This document shows, one piece after another, positions 1-10,989 of a stretch of DNA of 64,000 nucleotides. The notes under the pieces were generated by a model. It was given only the letters and a program-made list of their open reading frames with translations. It was not told the origin of the DNA and made no database searches. How positions within the stretch are numbered: the stretch's first letter is position 1; the number at the start of each line of letters is the position of its first letter. Both the position numbers and the translations under genes were made by a program. Where the stretch lies: NCBI GenBank assembly GCA_963674945.2, contig CAXXWQ010000003.1:96001-160000 (forward strand), in the 5' to 3' direction. Source of the stretch: an uncultured Desulfosarcina sp. Its GTDB lineage: Bacteria > Desulfobacterota > Desulfobacteria > Desulfobacterales > Desulfosarcinaceae.

Positions 1-3000
1 GTTACCGAAAGCAATCCGCCGCCCAGGTTGACGATCCCCTGGGTTCCATATTCGTTGCTCTGTCCGTAATTCGCTGCGTGGGCATAAAATTTTTCTCCGC
101 TGGAATCAGTGAGAAGCAGACTCACATCCCACTCACTTTCATCCCGTGGCACCCCCGTGACATTTCCGCCAACCAGTATATGGATATCGCCCCCGCCCTC
201 GGACCACAGCTGCTGCCTGAGGTCCTCATCGGATGAAGGCAGACCTACGGTGCGGATGGATCCCATCACGTTATTTCGGCCATCCGATCTGCTCTTTAGC
301 TCCAGATCGTCGCCAATCTCCAGAGTAACATCGCCGGTGTAGGACTGGATCGCGCCACCCGATATCTCGAGAGACCCGCCAATTTGCCCACGCACCGTTT
401 TATTGAAGGACATCAAGCTGGATGAAAGATATCCATAAGTCAGGGCCACGCTTTTACCCAATCCGATCACAGTATCCCCCGCAGATGCGAACCAAATCGG
501 TGCGGATTCACTATATATCAACTGCCCGTTAGAGATAACCAGCTGGCCTTCGCCATCATCCAGGGAAGTATCGATGGCCATCACATTCGCGGATTCGAGA
601 TCTGCCCCAGCAGTGATCCGCATGACCCAACTGTTAAATTGCGGATTGTCTTCCGAAGTAAATTGATAAGGTTCGTCGGTGATCGAACCACCGAAGGTGA
701 TGCTTTGTGCGGCTCGCAGGGTCAACGCACCGAAGACCTCATCATCGCCATATCGCTCGGTTGTTAAGGCCCAATCATCAAGGATCGCGAGATCACCGTC
801 GCTGACGATTTCAACGCCCGGAACAACAGTCACTGCAACGCCTTCCGCGTCCAGTTGATCGGCGTTCCAGTCCAGCTCTTCGATGAATCCTTGAGCCGAT
901 TCGGCGATGTCCTTCTGACTGATAACGCCCGCGCCCGATGCCTGCCCTCCTGCCATTGCTGCGATTTCAGCACTCTCGATTCTCTCGAATCCTTCGGCTA
1001 TGATTTGAACGGCACCTTGGATGCGGCCATCCAAGTCCATTTTTACCTCATTGCCTTCCCGTTGCGCTCTGAAATAGACGACGCCCCCCTTGCCGCCCCC
1101 CGTGTTTTCGGCGTCGATGAGGGCCGTCTCGGACAGGGTTATGAACCCGTTGGCGGCGTTCAGGTATACCTCTGCGCCGGTGGATGATGTGCGGGATCCC
1201 GCGATGGAAATGTTGCCCGCCAGCGTCAGGTCGTTGCCCGCATTCAGGGTTATCAGGCTGGATGTATCGTCATTCATGCCGGTAATCGTACCATGGATTT
1301 CGATATTCCCGTCATCCGCCGTCAATTGAACAAGTTGTGCCTGCAGCACGGCATCCGCTGGCAGATACAAATTCGAATCACCGGTGCCATCCTGCCTGCT
1401 GTGCAGGTCGATCTGATGGGTGAACATCCCTTGCGCGAGGATGTTCGCGATATCACCGAGGTCTCCGATATTTTGGGAATCCATCCAGAAACTGCCTCCC
1501 ACACCGGTGCCGGTGGCCAACAGCGTCCCTTCTTCCATTAATACCTTGCCATTTGCGGCAGTCACCTCAACCCCGCCAGCATCCCCCTGTGTACCTGCGG
1601 CGACGGAGATCACCGAACCGCTTTGCAGCCGGACGCCGCCAAGCTCGGAAAGAAGCGCAACGTTTCCACCCGCCACATAGTCGTTGCCATCGACATTGAT
1701 TGTTGCTCCAGGTTGCAGAGCAATGCTGTCCGCCGCGCTGTTACCCATGGATTCAAATATGATCGTGCCGGCCGGAATGTCGATGACGCCGCCATGATGG
1801 ATGGACGCTGCGCGAAAATGCAGCTTGCCGCCGAAACTGTCTGCCGGATCGTACGCATCTTCATTGGATAGGATGGTGATGTTTCCAGCCGTCGACTCCA
1901 CCAGAAAATCGGTGGAGACATAAATTTCCTCACCGACTGCGTCCATACCAAAAAGGCCTTCGGCGCCAATGGCGGATGCTAAGAGTGTGAGGTCGGCATC
2001 GGTCTGCAATTTTCCATCTCCATAAAACACCAATTTGCCGGCAGACTGTAAGTCGACCTGTTTGGTACCGTCGATACGGATCTCGCCTTGCCCCACATCG
2101 ATTGAAGACGCACGGAAGAGTATACGCCCCCTGTCCGTCAAATCGTTTGCATCCGTTTTTTCATGGGTGTTATGCAAAACGATTTGATCCGCGACGACAT
2201 TGGCCGGATGATTCTCCGCAGATGCCTGATGAGCGATCAAGCCGGTATCGATACTCAGCACGCCCTGGACTTGAAGGGTCACATCGTCATGCAAAACCAC
2301 GCTTTCCCGACCTGTGAGCGCGATCGATGCATAGTCGGAAAATGCCGACCATTGAGACTGTGACAGCACCAGGCCATGGGAAACGGAAGCCGTTTGCACA
2401 TCCGGAACGATCTGAATCATATCGCTTCGTAGCGCAAGCATGCCGTTATCGGAAATCATGCTGCCTTCCAGATCCATATGGTTCGTGTCCAACGTAATTG
2501 TATCCGCGGCGTGAACCAGTGCATTTTCCCGAATCGCGATTTCGCCCGAACTGGTCAAAGTGATGGTGCCGCCCGCATCCGTTGCCTGCAGGGCGCTCTC
2601 CTGCTGAAGTTCAATACCGCCCTCTGCCGTTATGGTGATATCTGTAGCTTTCAGTTGTGTCCCTTGGGTCAGTGTCACGCACCCGCCTTTCTCGCTATCG
2701 TCCTCGGCTGCGTTTTTGCGTGCGCTGACCACGATATTGCCGCGATCTGTTTCAAACAAATCGTCCACGACGAGTATCAGGTTGCCGGCGTTCTCGGACA
2801 ACAACGACGCAACCTCGTTGTAGTCTGCCAAAGCCGATACGTCGCTGATCAGCCGTGCATTCACCCCGCTGGCTACCAATGTTCCCGGCGTAAAGCCATC
2901 CAAACCGCCGATGTTCATCGTCCCGCGAATCAAGGTGGTGTCGGATAGCAGATTAATCGTTCCGCCATCGCCTGCGGTATAGCTTTTTACCTCAAACAGG

Positions 3001-6000
3001 CCTTCCTCCAGCACTTCGGAGGCCGGCCGAATCGTAAACAGATGGGGGGTCGCGTCCTGCACATCGGTTCCCACCTCACTCAAATAGCCGATCAGCTGCG
3101 TATAGTTTTCCCGAGAAGATGTACCTTGTTGCACAAAGTCGATGGCGCCTTGATCCTCGATGATCAGGGCACCAGGGACAAAAGCGTACTCAGCGGGAAG
3201 TAGGGCGTACTCACCGGCCTCGAGCATCGATCCGCCGGAAAAATAAACACCGGCCCCATCCAATAGGTCCGGATTATCTGGCAGGATGATCATTCTTCCG
3301 TTGATTTCAAAAGGATTTTCACTGCCTTCGATTCCCGGATCAAAACGGTAGGAGTAGATTTTGCCCGACCCCGAAGCGTCGATGGTGGATGACGGTTCAG
3401 CCAGAAACGCCTGGCTGTAGACGGAAACTGCTGAACTGGGAGCTGCCGCGACATCACTTTTTACGGTGGCAGAAGTGGCATAGGAATGGTCAAATGCTTC
3501 CCAGCTCAGATTGTTTTCCGCAAGCAGGGCACCATAAAATACCGACGCCTCTCCCGTCGTAGAGGTGACACTTTTTTCTCCGAAAACGATCTGCTCGGCT
3601 TGCGTATAATTCTCCTCCCAAATGCCGCTATCGCCTTTTTCTCGTCTGATGTCACCGCAAAAGACGATTTCTCCCATAGGCGCTTTTACCGTTCCGTTCT
3701 GGGAAATGGTGTCGGCCGCGAAGATCAGCGTCCCCCCGGCCGATAAAAGTGCATTGGGGTCGCCGGAATCGCTGTTTTGAATGTGGATGGATCCCTCACT
3801 GGAGTGGAACACAAAACGGGACTGGGATGTGGGATAGATCTGGTCGGACTGCAATAACATACTCGCCGCAGTCTCCAATCCGCCACTCCAACTTCCAGTA
3901 TTTCCTGACACATATGTCAATTCTTCTACTTTGAGATCCTCTTCGGTTTTCAACACGACGTTGGAGAAATTGCTGATGGAAATCGCACCGCTCACATTGA
4001 TTCCCTGAACCCCGTCGATAATAAGTGTCGCGTCGCCAAGCACCGGCGAATCGCTGGAGATGGTGCCGTTGTTGCTGATGTCCACGAATTGAGCCGACAA
4101 TCGGATTTCAGGAATCGCGGGAAAATCATCGCCTGATTCGGAATCGGCGATTTGAATCATCGGGGTGTCGATGCCCAATCGCTCCGATAGGGATAGGGCG
4201 AGATGGTCGTGGTCGAAGACAATTGGTTTGATAGAGATTAATTGGAGACTGGCGATGTCTTTGCCGATCAATGACACCAACTGCGAATCGACCCGCAAAC
4301 CGTCTCCGCCATTGTTCTTAAAAGTCAATGAACCGCCACCGACACCGTCGAGGGCAGCATGACCGGCGTCAATGGTTCCTTTCAAGGCCAACGATCCATC
4401 CTGGGCCTCGGAACGAAGATAGGAAAACGTGACCGAACCAGCGTCACCGGCGATCCAGGTGCCTTGCAGAATACCATCGCCGGTATCCAGATAATGAAGC
4501 GTCTGTTCGGCGGCCGATATGTCGATGGTCGCACCGCTGTCGAACAACAATTGCCCTTCGGATTCCAGAGAGACGGCGCCGGCGTCCAGGGCCGTACCAC
4601 TAGACGGGATACCGGCCCCGCTCTCATCGAGCTTGACGATATTTTTCCCCTTCACCTGAAGCAAGGCGCCGTCTTGAATATGCAGGGTGTTTTCTTCCAG
4701 CGATGAAGCCCTTTTTACCAGGGATATGGCGCCGGCATCCGCTTGAAGCAGACCGCCGATTTCGATTCCGGATGCTTCAATGCGAATCGATCCGTATATG
4801 GCGGCAACCAGGCCGGCCTGGTCGTCGAGGGTGACCGTTGCCGTCGTGTCCAACCAAGAAGCGGTGGCTTCATCGAAATTATGATATTCTTTTTTCTCGT
4901 TAGAAAACAGCGCACCGGCCACGATCGTGATTTCGTTCTCGCCGAGGAAATCGTCGAAAACGGTGATGACGCCTTCGTCCCCGAGGCCCGATCCGATGGC
5001 CGCGTCGGCCGTTTTCATCGGTGTCGGTGCTGTGAGTTTCAGGTTGGAGGGGGTCAGATAGGCGCCGGTTTCAATGGTCACGTCTCCCACACTGATCAAA
5101 TGGATCGAACTGAACCCCGTATCCTCCAATCGATCGTGCGCGAGTCGAAGCGATCCCAGCAGATTCGATGGGATGCCTTCGGAGGGCGTCAAACCGTCGT
5201 TCAGAAAAGACGTTGAAGACTCCGCGACGATGTCGATGGTTTCTGCCTGCAAATCGATCGTTCCGCCCTCCTGCCCGAGCAGGGAAAGGCCGTAAAGATC
5301 GCCATCGAGAATCAAGGCGGTTCCCCGAATATCGACCTTACCGCCGTCTCCGCCGCTGACCGTGCCATCCTCTGCGATCTGGTACCCCCCGTTGACGATG
5401 AGACTGCTGCCCGCTTCCAACACGACGCCTTCGCCTTGATTGGCATAATCGAGAAGTTCGATCTTACCACCATTCAGGCGACCGTTGCGCACCTCGCCTT
5501 TGGTGGCCATGGAGAGGGCGTTGTCGACACGTTCTCCGCCGACTTCGATGACACCGCCTCCGGTTACCTGAATCCGTTCCGGTCCCAATAGCTGCTGCGG
5601 GATATAATCCGGATTGGAGGAACCGCTGGTCGTCGACTCGTCGGTGGTAAAATTACTGGCGGTTTGCAATTTGACCGTGCCACTCGGAATCTGGATGGCG
5701 CCTTCATGCAGAATCCTCCGTGCCGTTCCCACAAGCGTGCCCCCTGCTTGCAGTTGAAGCGTTGCCCCGGATTCGATCTCCAGCGAAGTGGCCGCGTGGA
5801 TCTGAAGTTCACTGAGATTCGCATTGCTCAGCATCTCCGTATTCAGCAGCGTCTTGTAAAAAGGACGCCCGTCATCATAATACTCTGTCGTGTATGGATT
5901 CACGCCGTTCTCGGAGACGATCTCACCGAGCGAGCTGTCCGCCTGGAAAGTATCCGGAAGCGAAGTTTCCGTATCCGTAATGACAACCTCGACGATCCCC

Positions 6001-7841
6001 GGATCGGAGACCTGATAGCTCAGAGAACCTTTCGGTGCGCTGCCGATGGTGAGAGAACCACCAATCGGCAGACTCTTCCCGAGGGTCAAATCATAGCCGA
6101 GTTCGTCTTTCAACTCTTCCGTCTCGGTCTGGTATGGGCCGATGGTAACCGAGCCGTTCAGCAAGCCGTTGAGGACGACGGTCCTTGCATTGATTTGCAG
6201 GCTGCCGGCGTCGGCACCCTCGATATACCCGGATGTCAGGGATTTCAGCGGTGAGGCGCCGCCCGTGTATATCCCGGAGAAGGTTTCAATGATCCCGAAG
6301 CGATCGTATTTGACCACGGTCTCATCCAGGATTCTGTCGTATTGAAGGTTCTCGGGGGCGCTGCTGATATCGTAAATAGTGTTGCCGCATAAAAGCTTGG
6401 TGGTTTGCACCGCGCCGGCTTCATAGACGTAACCGCCTCCACTGAAATCCAATTCGGCGTCGTCCCGGATGATGACTTCACCGACCCCGGCGTCGATGGT
6501 TATGTTGCCTCCCGCGGTCGCCCTTTCGGCAGCGGTTTTTTCCTCGGCATTCAAATAGCCTTCGACGATACCGATGCTGGAACCTTCACTCTTCTTGATC
6601 TGAACGGTTTCCCCTTTTAAATCGGACTCCTTTTGTTGGTAGTCATCCCTTAATTCGACGCTGTTCAGTTGAACGGAGACCACTTGATCCTCGGCCTGAC
6701 GTTGTGTCCATTCACCACTCACATCGATGGAACCGCCGCCACCCATGTAAATGCGGCCCTGGCTGCTCTCGACGGCCGTATCGTCCTCTGGTTGAAGGAA
6801 TAGGGTAACATTCCCGTTAGGCGCCTGTATGGCGCCGTTCAGTTCGATGTTGCTTCCGGCCTGTATCGAAACGGCTCCCGCAGAAAACGAGAAGCTTTCG
6901 TGATAGGCATCGGTCGATTCACTCACCGGCGTGCTGATCACGCTCTCTTCTCCGGTGCGAACCGTATCCGATGCGCGAAGTTCGATGACGCCCTGGTTGA
7001 CAACTGATGTCACGGCTCTTATCAACCCGTCATGGTTAACGACACCGCCATACAAACGGGTCGCACCACCGTCGGTTATGATTGCGCCTTCGGCGGTATT
7101 GGTGACGGTGCCGAAGCCATTCACCTCGAAACTTTCCGTAACCTGGCCTTCGCTGGTGAGTCCTTGGCTGTAATTGGCTTCGGTTCCCGCGCCGATGAAT
7201 ACATCTCCTTGCGGCGCTTCGATGGTTCCGCCGTTCACCACGTTGGGCGCCATCAGGAATACCTTGCCCGATGAGTCGGTCTCGATATGGCCGAAATTGG
7301 CAACGACTGCATCGGATTCCACTTCATCGCCGGAAAAATTCATGATTCCGTTCGTAAAATCGTCTTCCGCCATCATCAGGGCCGACGCTGCCAGGATATG
7401 CACATTGACCTGGGCATCTTTTGAAAACAGTATCCCGTTGGGATTGATCAGATAAACGGCACCGTCGGCGGTCAATCTCCCGTAGATCTGGCTAGGGTTT
7501 TGATCGAAAATTCGATTCAATGCAGCCCAGTTCGTGTTGTCCTGCTGGTCAAAGTGAACCATGGCGTCGGCGCCGATGTCGAATGATTCCCAGTCCAGCA
7601 TCGCCTTGGATTGGTTTTGGTGCACCACAAGCGTGTCGCTGCCCACCTTTTCAAGGTCTTTTACGCCGCTGATGATGTTCTGGATCACCGGCAACTGGTT
7701 TGCTGATGGCTGCACCAAGTTGCCCATGTTCCCATAGAAACCGGGGATGTTAGCTCCGGCAAAACTAACTGCCGGAAGAAAGGTCAAATCGAAGACCAGG
7801 AGAAGAAGCAGTATTTGTTTTCTTATCGTCGTTGGTTTCAT
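1..7841 (-). CDS. Filamentous-haemagglutinin-like TpsA exoprotein (partial, >2600 aa, 3' end beyond left edge)
   Basis: Manual translation from ATG 7841: MKPTTIRKQILLLLLVFDLTFLPAVSFAG (signal peptide)...AMLDWESFDIG...LNRIFDQNPSQIYGRLTADGAVYLINPNGILF (TPS secretion domain, NPNG motif). The same frame reads ...TQGIVNLGGGLLSV at positions 3-44. Absence from the ORF track fits a frame with no stop in the window. Adjacent to TpsB. Confidence 0.92.
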   Translation of the reverse strand, partial: MKPTTIRKQILLLLLVFDLTFLPAVSFAGANIPGFYGNMGNLVQPSANQLPVIQNIISGVKDLEKVGSDTLVVHQNQSKAMLDWESFDIGADAMVHFDQQDNTNWAALNRIFDQNPSQIYGRLTADGAVYLINPNGILFSKDAQVNVHILAASALMMAEDDFTNGIMNFSGDEVESDAVVANFGHIETDSSGKVFLMAPNVVNGGTIEAPQGDVFIGAGTEANYSQGLTSEGQVTESFEVNGFGTVTNTAEGAIITDGGATRLYGGVVNHDGLIRAVTSVVNQGVIELRASDTVRTGEESVISTPVSESTDAYHESFSFSAGAVSIQAGSNIELNGAIQAPNGNVTLFLQPEDDTAVESSQGRIYMGGGGSIDVSGEWTQRQAEDQVVSVQLNSVELRDDYQQKESDLKGETVQIKKSEGSSIGIVEGYLNAEEKTAAERATAGGNITIDAGVGEVIIRDDAELDFSGGGYVYEAGAVQTTKLLCGNTIYDISSAPENLQYDRILDETVVKYDRFGIIETFSGIYTGGASPLKSLTSGYIEGADAGSLQINARTVVLNGLLNGSVTIGPYQTETEELKDELGYDLTLGKSLPIGGSLTIGSAPKGSLSYQVSDPGIVEVVITDTETSLPDTFQADSSLGEIVSENGVNPYTTEYYDDGRPFYKTLLNTEMLSNANLSELQIHAATSLEIESGATLQLQAGGTLVGTARRILHEGAIQIPSGTVKLQTASNFTTDESTTSGSSNPDYIPQQLLGPERIQVTGGGVIEVGGERVDNALSMATKGEVRNGRLNGGKIELLDYANQGEGVVLEAGSSLIVNGGYQIAEDGTVSGGDGGKVDIRGTALILDGDLYGLSLLGQEGGTIDLQAETIDIVAESSTSFLNDGLTPSEGIPSNLLGSLRLAHDRLEDTGFSSIHLISVGDVTIETGAYLTPSNLKLTAPTPMKTADAAIGSGLGDEGVITVFDDFLGENEITIVAGALFSNEKKEYHNFDEATASWLDTTATVTLDDQAGLVAAIYGSIRIEASGIEIGGLLQADAGAISLVKRASSLEENTLHIQDGALLQVKGKNIVKLDESGAGIPSSGTALDAGAVSLESEGQLLFDSGATIDISAAEQTLHYLDTGDGILQGTWIAGDAGSVTFSYLRSEAQDGSLALKGTIDAGHAALDGVGGGSLTFKNNGGDGLRVDSQLVSLIGKDIASLQLISIKPIVFDHDHLALSLSERLGIDTPMIQIADSESGDDFPAIPEIRLSAQFVDISNNGTISSDSPVLGDATLIIDGVQGINVSGAISISNFSNVVLKTEEDLKVEELTYVSGNTGSWSGGLETAASMLLQSDQIYPTSQSRFVFHSSEGSIHIQNSDSGDPNALLSAGGTLIFAADTISQNGTVKAPMGEIVFCGDIRREKGDSGIWEENYTQAEQIVFGEKSVTSTTGEASVFYGALLAENNLSWEAFDHSYATSATVKSDVAAAPSSAVSVYSQAFLAEPSSTIDASGSGKIYSYRFDPGIEGSENPFEINGRMIILPDNPDLLDGAGVYFSGGSMLEAGEYALLPAEYAFVPGALIIEDQGAIDFVQQGTSSRENYTQLIGYLSEVGTDVQDATPHLFTIRPASEVLEEGLFEVKSYTAGDGGTINLLSDTTLIRGTMNIGGLDGFTPGTLVASGVNARLISDVSALADYNEVASLLSENAGNLILVVDDLFETDRGNIVVSARKNAAEDDSEKGGCVTLTQGTQLKATDITITAEGGIELQQESALQATDAGGTITLTSSGEIAIRENALVHAADTITLDTNHMDLEGSMISDNGMLALRSDMIQIVPDVQTASVSHGLVLSQSQWSAFSDYASIALTGRESVVLHDDVTLQVQGVLSIDTGLIAHQASAENHPANVVADQIVLHNTHEKTDANDLTDRGRILFRASSIDVGQGEIRIDGTKQVDLQSAGKLVFYGDGKLQTDADLTLLASAIGAEGLFGMDAVGEEIYVSTDFLVESTAGNITILSNEDAYDPADSFGGKLHFRAASIHHGGVIDIPAGTIIFESMGNSAADSIALQPGATINVDGNDYVAGGNVALLSELGGVRLQSGSVISVAAGTQGDAGGVEVTAANGKVLMEEGTLLATGTGVGGSFWMDSQNIGDLGDIANILAQGMFTHQIDLHSRQDGTGDSNLYLPADAVLQAQLVQLTADDGNIEIHGTITGMNDDTSSLITLNAGNDLTLAGNISIAGSRTSSTGAEVYLNAANGFITLSETALIDAENTGGGKGGVVYFRAQREGNEVKMDLDGRIQGAVQIIAEGFERIESAEIAAMAGGQASGAGVISQKDIAESAQGFIEELDWNADQLDAEGVAVTVVPGVEIVSDGDLAILDDWALTTERYGDDEVFGALTLRAAQSITFGGSITDEPYQFTSEDNPQFNSWVMRITAGADLESANVMAIDTSLDDGEGQLVISNGQLIYSESAPIWFASAGDTVIGLGKSVALTYGYLSSSLMSFNKTVRGQIGGSLEISGGAIQSYTGDVTLEIGDDLELKSRSDGRNNVMGSIRTVGLPSSDEDLRQQLWSEGGGDIHILVGGNVTGVPRDESEWDVSLLLTDSSGEKFYAHAANYGQSNEYGTQGIVNLGGGLLSV

Positions 7842-7898
7842 AATTCAACACTGTGTTAAGTATTAAGTGTTAAGAAAATGTGGAATGGCTTTTAATCA

Positions 7899-7937
7899 CC
7901 CCTCTCCCCTCAAGGAGAGAGGGTCGGGGTGAGGGGG
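7899..7937. repeat. REP-like palindromic element CCCCTCTCCC..GAGAGAGGG..GGGGTGAGGG
   Basis: cccctctcccctcaaggagagagggtcggggtgaggggg; a related degenerate copy lies at 12072-12110. Confidence 0.6.
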
Positions 7938-7992
7938 CAAAAATACCAAACAGTAAAATTCATCCCAGCGGCCGAAGACCATGGGATAAATT

Positions 7993-9603
7993 TTAAAATT
8001 GAAACTTGACCTCGAAATACCACTGCTGGTCACCTTTCTCCGTATTTTCCGTCGCCTTCAACGCGTATCCCCAAACAAATTCATAGATGAGGTATTCGGA
8101 AAGCTTTCCACGCACGCCACCTCCCGTTCCGGAAATGAATAGCGATGCGTCCTCTTGAGGAAGCGGGTGGATCAGGCGGAGATTAGCGAAGTCATAGAAT
8201 GCATAGAACGAAAGGTCCAAGGGTTCCCAAAGACCAAGCAGGCTTTCCATGTCCGGCGACCGCCATTCGAACATGCCGTGGACTGCCTTGTCACCTGCCA
8301 CTTCACTTTCCATATAGCCGCGAACACTTTTCATTCCCCCGGCGATATACTGCTCATTGGAAATCAACGGCTGGTCGGCGATCTGTCCATCGAGTCTAAT
8401 GAAAAGGCTGGAGTCCCATGGCATCTGCTGCACTCTATCCAGTCCGAGGGCCATGCAGATGTAATTGCCTCTGGCTTTAAAACGTTTGTCTTTGAATTCT
8501 TCTTCCTTGGTGGCCACACCTCGAAAGGCCAGATTTAGCGAACCGTTCAAGCTAGTGGATCCCCATTTGTCCGGCAAGGATGCGCCGTAAGAAAGCGTCA
8601 TGGGCATGTAGGTGACGGGAGTGCTCTCCGACTCGCCACCCTCCTCAGAGAAACTCAAGTCCTCGTCAAAATCCTTGTAGTCAAGGCCAAGGGTCAGGTT
8701 ATGACGAAAATTCCCCCGGGCGCCTAAGGGGATGATGTTGCGCAATCCGAGGATATACCCTTTTCCAATCACCTCGAAGCCCTGGCCGAATGCGGTATCA
8801 CTGTCTGAAATAACCCCATAAAGGGCCATCATATGGTTGTCGAACAAGGGGGACGGCATCACGTAGGAACCGGCGATGGCGCGGACCTCCTTCGTATCCT
8901 CGGGGCTCGTCTGGTATTGCAGGCTGATAGAGTGGTCACGTTGCCACAGATTGTCGTAGCGCAGCGACGTGTTCAGCCGAAGATCGGTCGTGGCATGTGT
9001 GGATCGGTTGTTGAGTTCCATGCTGCCGTGCAGTGGCAGCTTGTCTTTGACGCGCAATTCGATATCGATCGTTCCCAGATCCTTGCCAGGCATCAAAACG
9101 GGCGCCACTTTCATGTCCGGATTCCGATTGATCGCCGCCAACTCTTTTTGCACATTGGGAAGATGCAGGAACTGGCCCTGCTCCATGGAAGGCAGTTCCT
9201 TGAGGATCTTCTCCATGGTAAAATAGCGGTTGCCCACCACCCGCACCCGCCGCACCGTGCTCTCGATGACTTCCAGCCGAATCGTTCCGTTTTCCACGGA
9301 CTGTTCAGGAATGTTGACCAAGACGGTGGGGTATCCGTTCACGTGATAGTACTTTTCCAGAACGCTACGGGCTCTTTCGACGTCCTGAGAAGTTTTATTT
9401 TCACCAATGAACGCTTGCAGTTCGTTGGACAATGCTGCGTCGTCGAATATGGTGTTGCCACTGAGTTCATACAATTTTATGGGAAAACGGATTTCCTCCT
9501 GGCCCTCTTTGCAGGCCGCATCCTTGACGCCGATATGTGACATCGTAAAGCCCAAAAAAAAGACGAGAATAACAAGAGGCTGAAAAAAAAGTTTATCCGT
9601 CAT
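7993..9603 (-). CDS. TpsB outer-membrane transporter (ShlB/FhaC/HecB family)
   Basis: POTRA-like N-terminus (LEKYYHVNGYPTVLVNIPEQ), SVRGY motif of the L6 loop, C-terminal aromatic EVKFQF; directly upstream of TpsA. Confidence 0.93.
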   Translation of the reverse strand: MTDKLFFQPLVILVFFLGFTMSHIGVKDAACKEGQEEIRFPIKLYELSGNTIFDDAALSNELQAFIGENKTSQDVERARSVLEKYYHVNGYPTVLVNIPEQSVENGTIRLEVIESTVRRVRVVGNRYFTMEKILKELPSMEQGQFLHLPNVQKELAAINRNPDMKVAPVLMPGKDLGTIDIELRVKDKLPLHGSMELNNRSTHATTDLRLNTSLRYDNLWQRDHSISLQYQTSPEDTKEVRAIAGSYVMPSPLFDNHMMALYGVISDSDTAFGQGFEVIGKGYILGLRNIIPLGARGNFRHNLTLGLDYKDFDEDLSFSEEGGESESTPVTYMPMTLSYGASLPDKWGSTSLNGSLNLAFRGVATKEEEFKDKRFKARGNYICMALGLDRVQQMPWDSSLFIRLDGQIADQPLISNEQYIAGGMKSVRGYMESEVAGDKAVHGMFEWRSPDMESLLGLWEPLDLSFYAFYDFANLRLIHPLPQEDASLFISGTGGGVRGKLSEYLIYEFVWGYALKATENTEKGDQQWYFEVKFQF

Positions 9604-9665
9604 GAGCCGTTAACTTTCCGCTTGGAATGATGTCACTTGACGTAGGATCGCAAGAGCAGTCGGAA

Positions 9666-10949
9666 CTACCCCAATAGTGCATTATTGAAGGTATTCAGAA
9701 GATTCATCAGATTCGTTCGAACATCCCTCGACTCCTTATACCCGGACCATTTATCCAATACCTGACCGTCGGGGGTCATGAGTACGGTCATGGGGAATCC
9801 CTCTTGCCCGAAATATTTCATGAAAGCCTTGTTTTCGTCGGAATTGACTTTTATCCATACGTATTCATCCTTGAAATAGCGCACCCAGGGATCCTCAAAA
9901 ACACCGGCAAGCATTTTTTTGCAGTACTGGCACCAGTCGGCATAGAGAAACAGCAAAATGGGTTTGTTTAGATCGACTGCACTGGATGTACCAAATTCGA
10001 AGTCGTCGAACCACTCGACTTTCTGGTTGCCGAAAACGCTGGGTTTGACGATCTTCTCGATGGTATAGGTGACAATCACCTCGCGGTCGGTGTATTGGTG
10101 ATTCATGTCGACGATGACCTTTTCGTCTTCGACGCCGGTCACCACACCATGGCTAAATGGCGTACCGACCACCGGATTCATTTGAATGCGGATTTCACCC
10201 GCGGCTTCGTCCACCGTAACGATGACCTCACCGTAACTTTCTTCAATGGACTGATCGCTTTTGGGGAATAGCGTCAGATGAACCTGGGTCTCTTCGATTT
10301 CATCGATACGTGCCATTAAATAAGGATTGTAGGGTATCACCTGATCAAGGACCGGAAACGTCTTAAAACGTTTGAAAAAGCCGTCGGCATCAAACGTCAC
10401 ACGGGTCGGAAGTGTCCGGACGCGATCGATGGTGATGATTTTTCGCGGATCGTACGTACCGAAGGCGTTTTCCGGGGCCACCGTCACCTTGGTTTTCGTT
10501 CCGACGACGCCGTCTACCACTTTGGTGCCGAGCCCCATGGGGCTTGAGGGATCGCCGGCCAGCACGAGCACTTTCATTTTCTTGGCGGCGGCTTCCTTTT
10601 TTTCCTTCTCGGAAGTTATCGTTTCGGAAGAGTCTTCGTCGCGGCTGTTGGAGAAGGAGACGAAGGTACCATCGGTAAGTTGCGCCTGATACGCAAGGAT
10701 CACGTAGTCACCGTTTTGGACAACATCCTTTTTCTCTCCAACAAACAGATTCAGACTTTCTGAGCCGTCGCTCTCCATCTGCCGGAGGGCATCTTGAAGT
10801 TCTTTGGCCACGACTTCCTTTTCTTTTGTTTCGCTGTGCGCCGCCGTTTCCCCGGATGTTGTCATAGCCCGGTTTTCGGTCGCACAAGCGGCTATCACAG
10901 AAAGCCCCACAAGAATTGCCATCGCGATACACCATGTACGTTGAGACAT
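9666..10949 (-). CDS. Lipoprotein with FKBP/SlyD-like PPIase region fused to a C-terminal thioredoxin-fold domain
   Basis: Lipobox VIAAC; FKBP-like segments (VTVAPENAFGTYDP, VIVDMNHQ); FLYADWCQYCKKM CxxC motif. Confidence 0.8.
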   Translation of the reverse strand: MSQRTWCIAMAILVGLSVIAACATENRAMTTSGETAAHSETKEKEVVAKELQDALRQMESDGSESLNLFVGEKKDVVQNGDYVILAYQAQLTDGTFVSFSNSRDEDSSETITSEKEKKEAAAKKMKVLVLAGDPSSPMGLGTKVVDGVVGTKTKVTVAPENAFGTYDPRKIITIDRVRTLPTRVTFDADGFFKRFKTFPVLDQVIPYNPYLMARIDEIEETQVHLTLFPKSDQSIEESYGEVIVTVDEAAGEIRIQMNPVVGTPFSHGVVTGVEDEKVIVDMNHQYTDREVIVTYTIEKIVKPSVFGNQKVEWFDDFEFGTSSAVDLNKPILLFLYADWCQYCKKMLAGVFEDPWVRYFKDEYVWIKVNSDENKAFMKYFGQEGFPMTVLMTPDGQVLDKWSGYKESRDVRTNLMNLLNTFNNALLG

Positions 10950-10989
10950 CGTCCGTTCTCCTTCTACCTTGTGCTATGGTTGATGGCCA

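Noticed and set aside
109..7455. Many short ORFs in the ORF track
   Set aside because: Antisense or off-frame shadows of the TpsA gene.
7853..7874. Heptamer tandem (TGTTAAG/TATTAAG x3) before tpsA
   Set aside because: Too short to assign a function.
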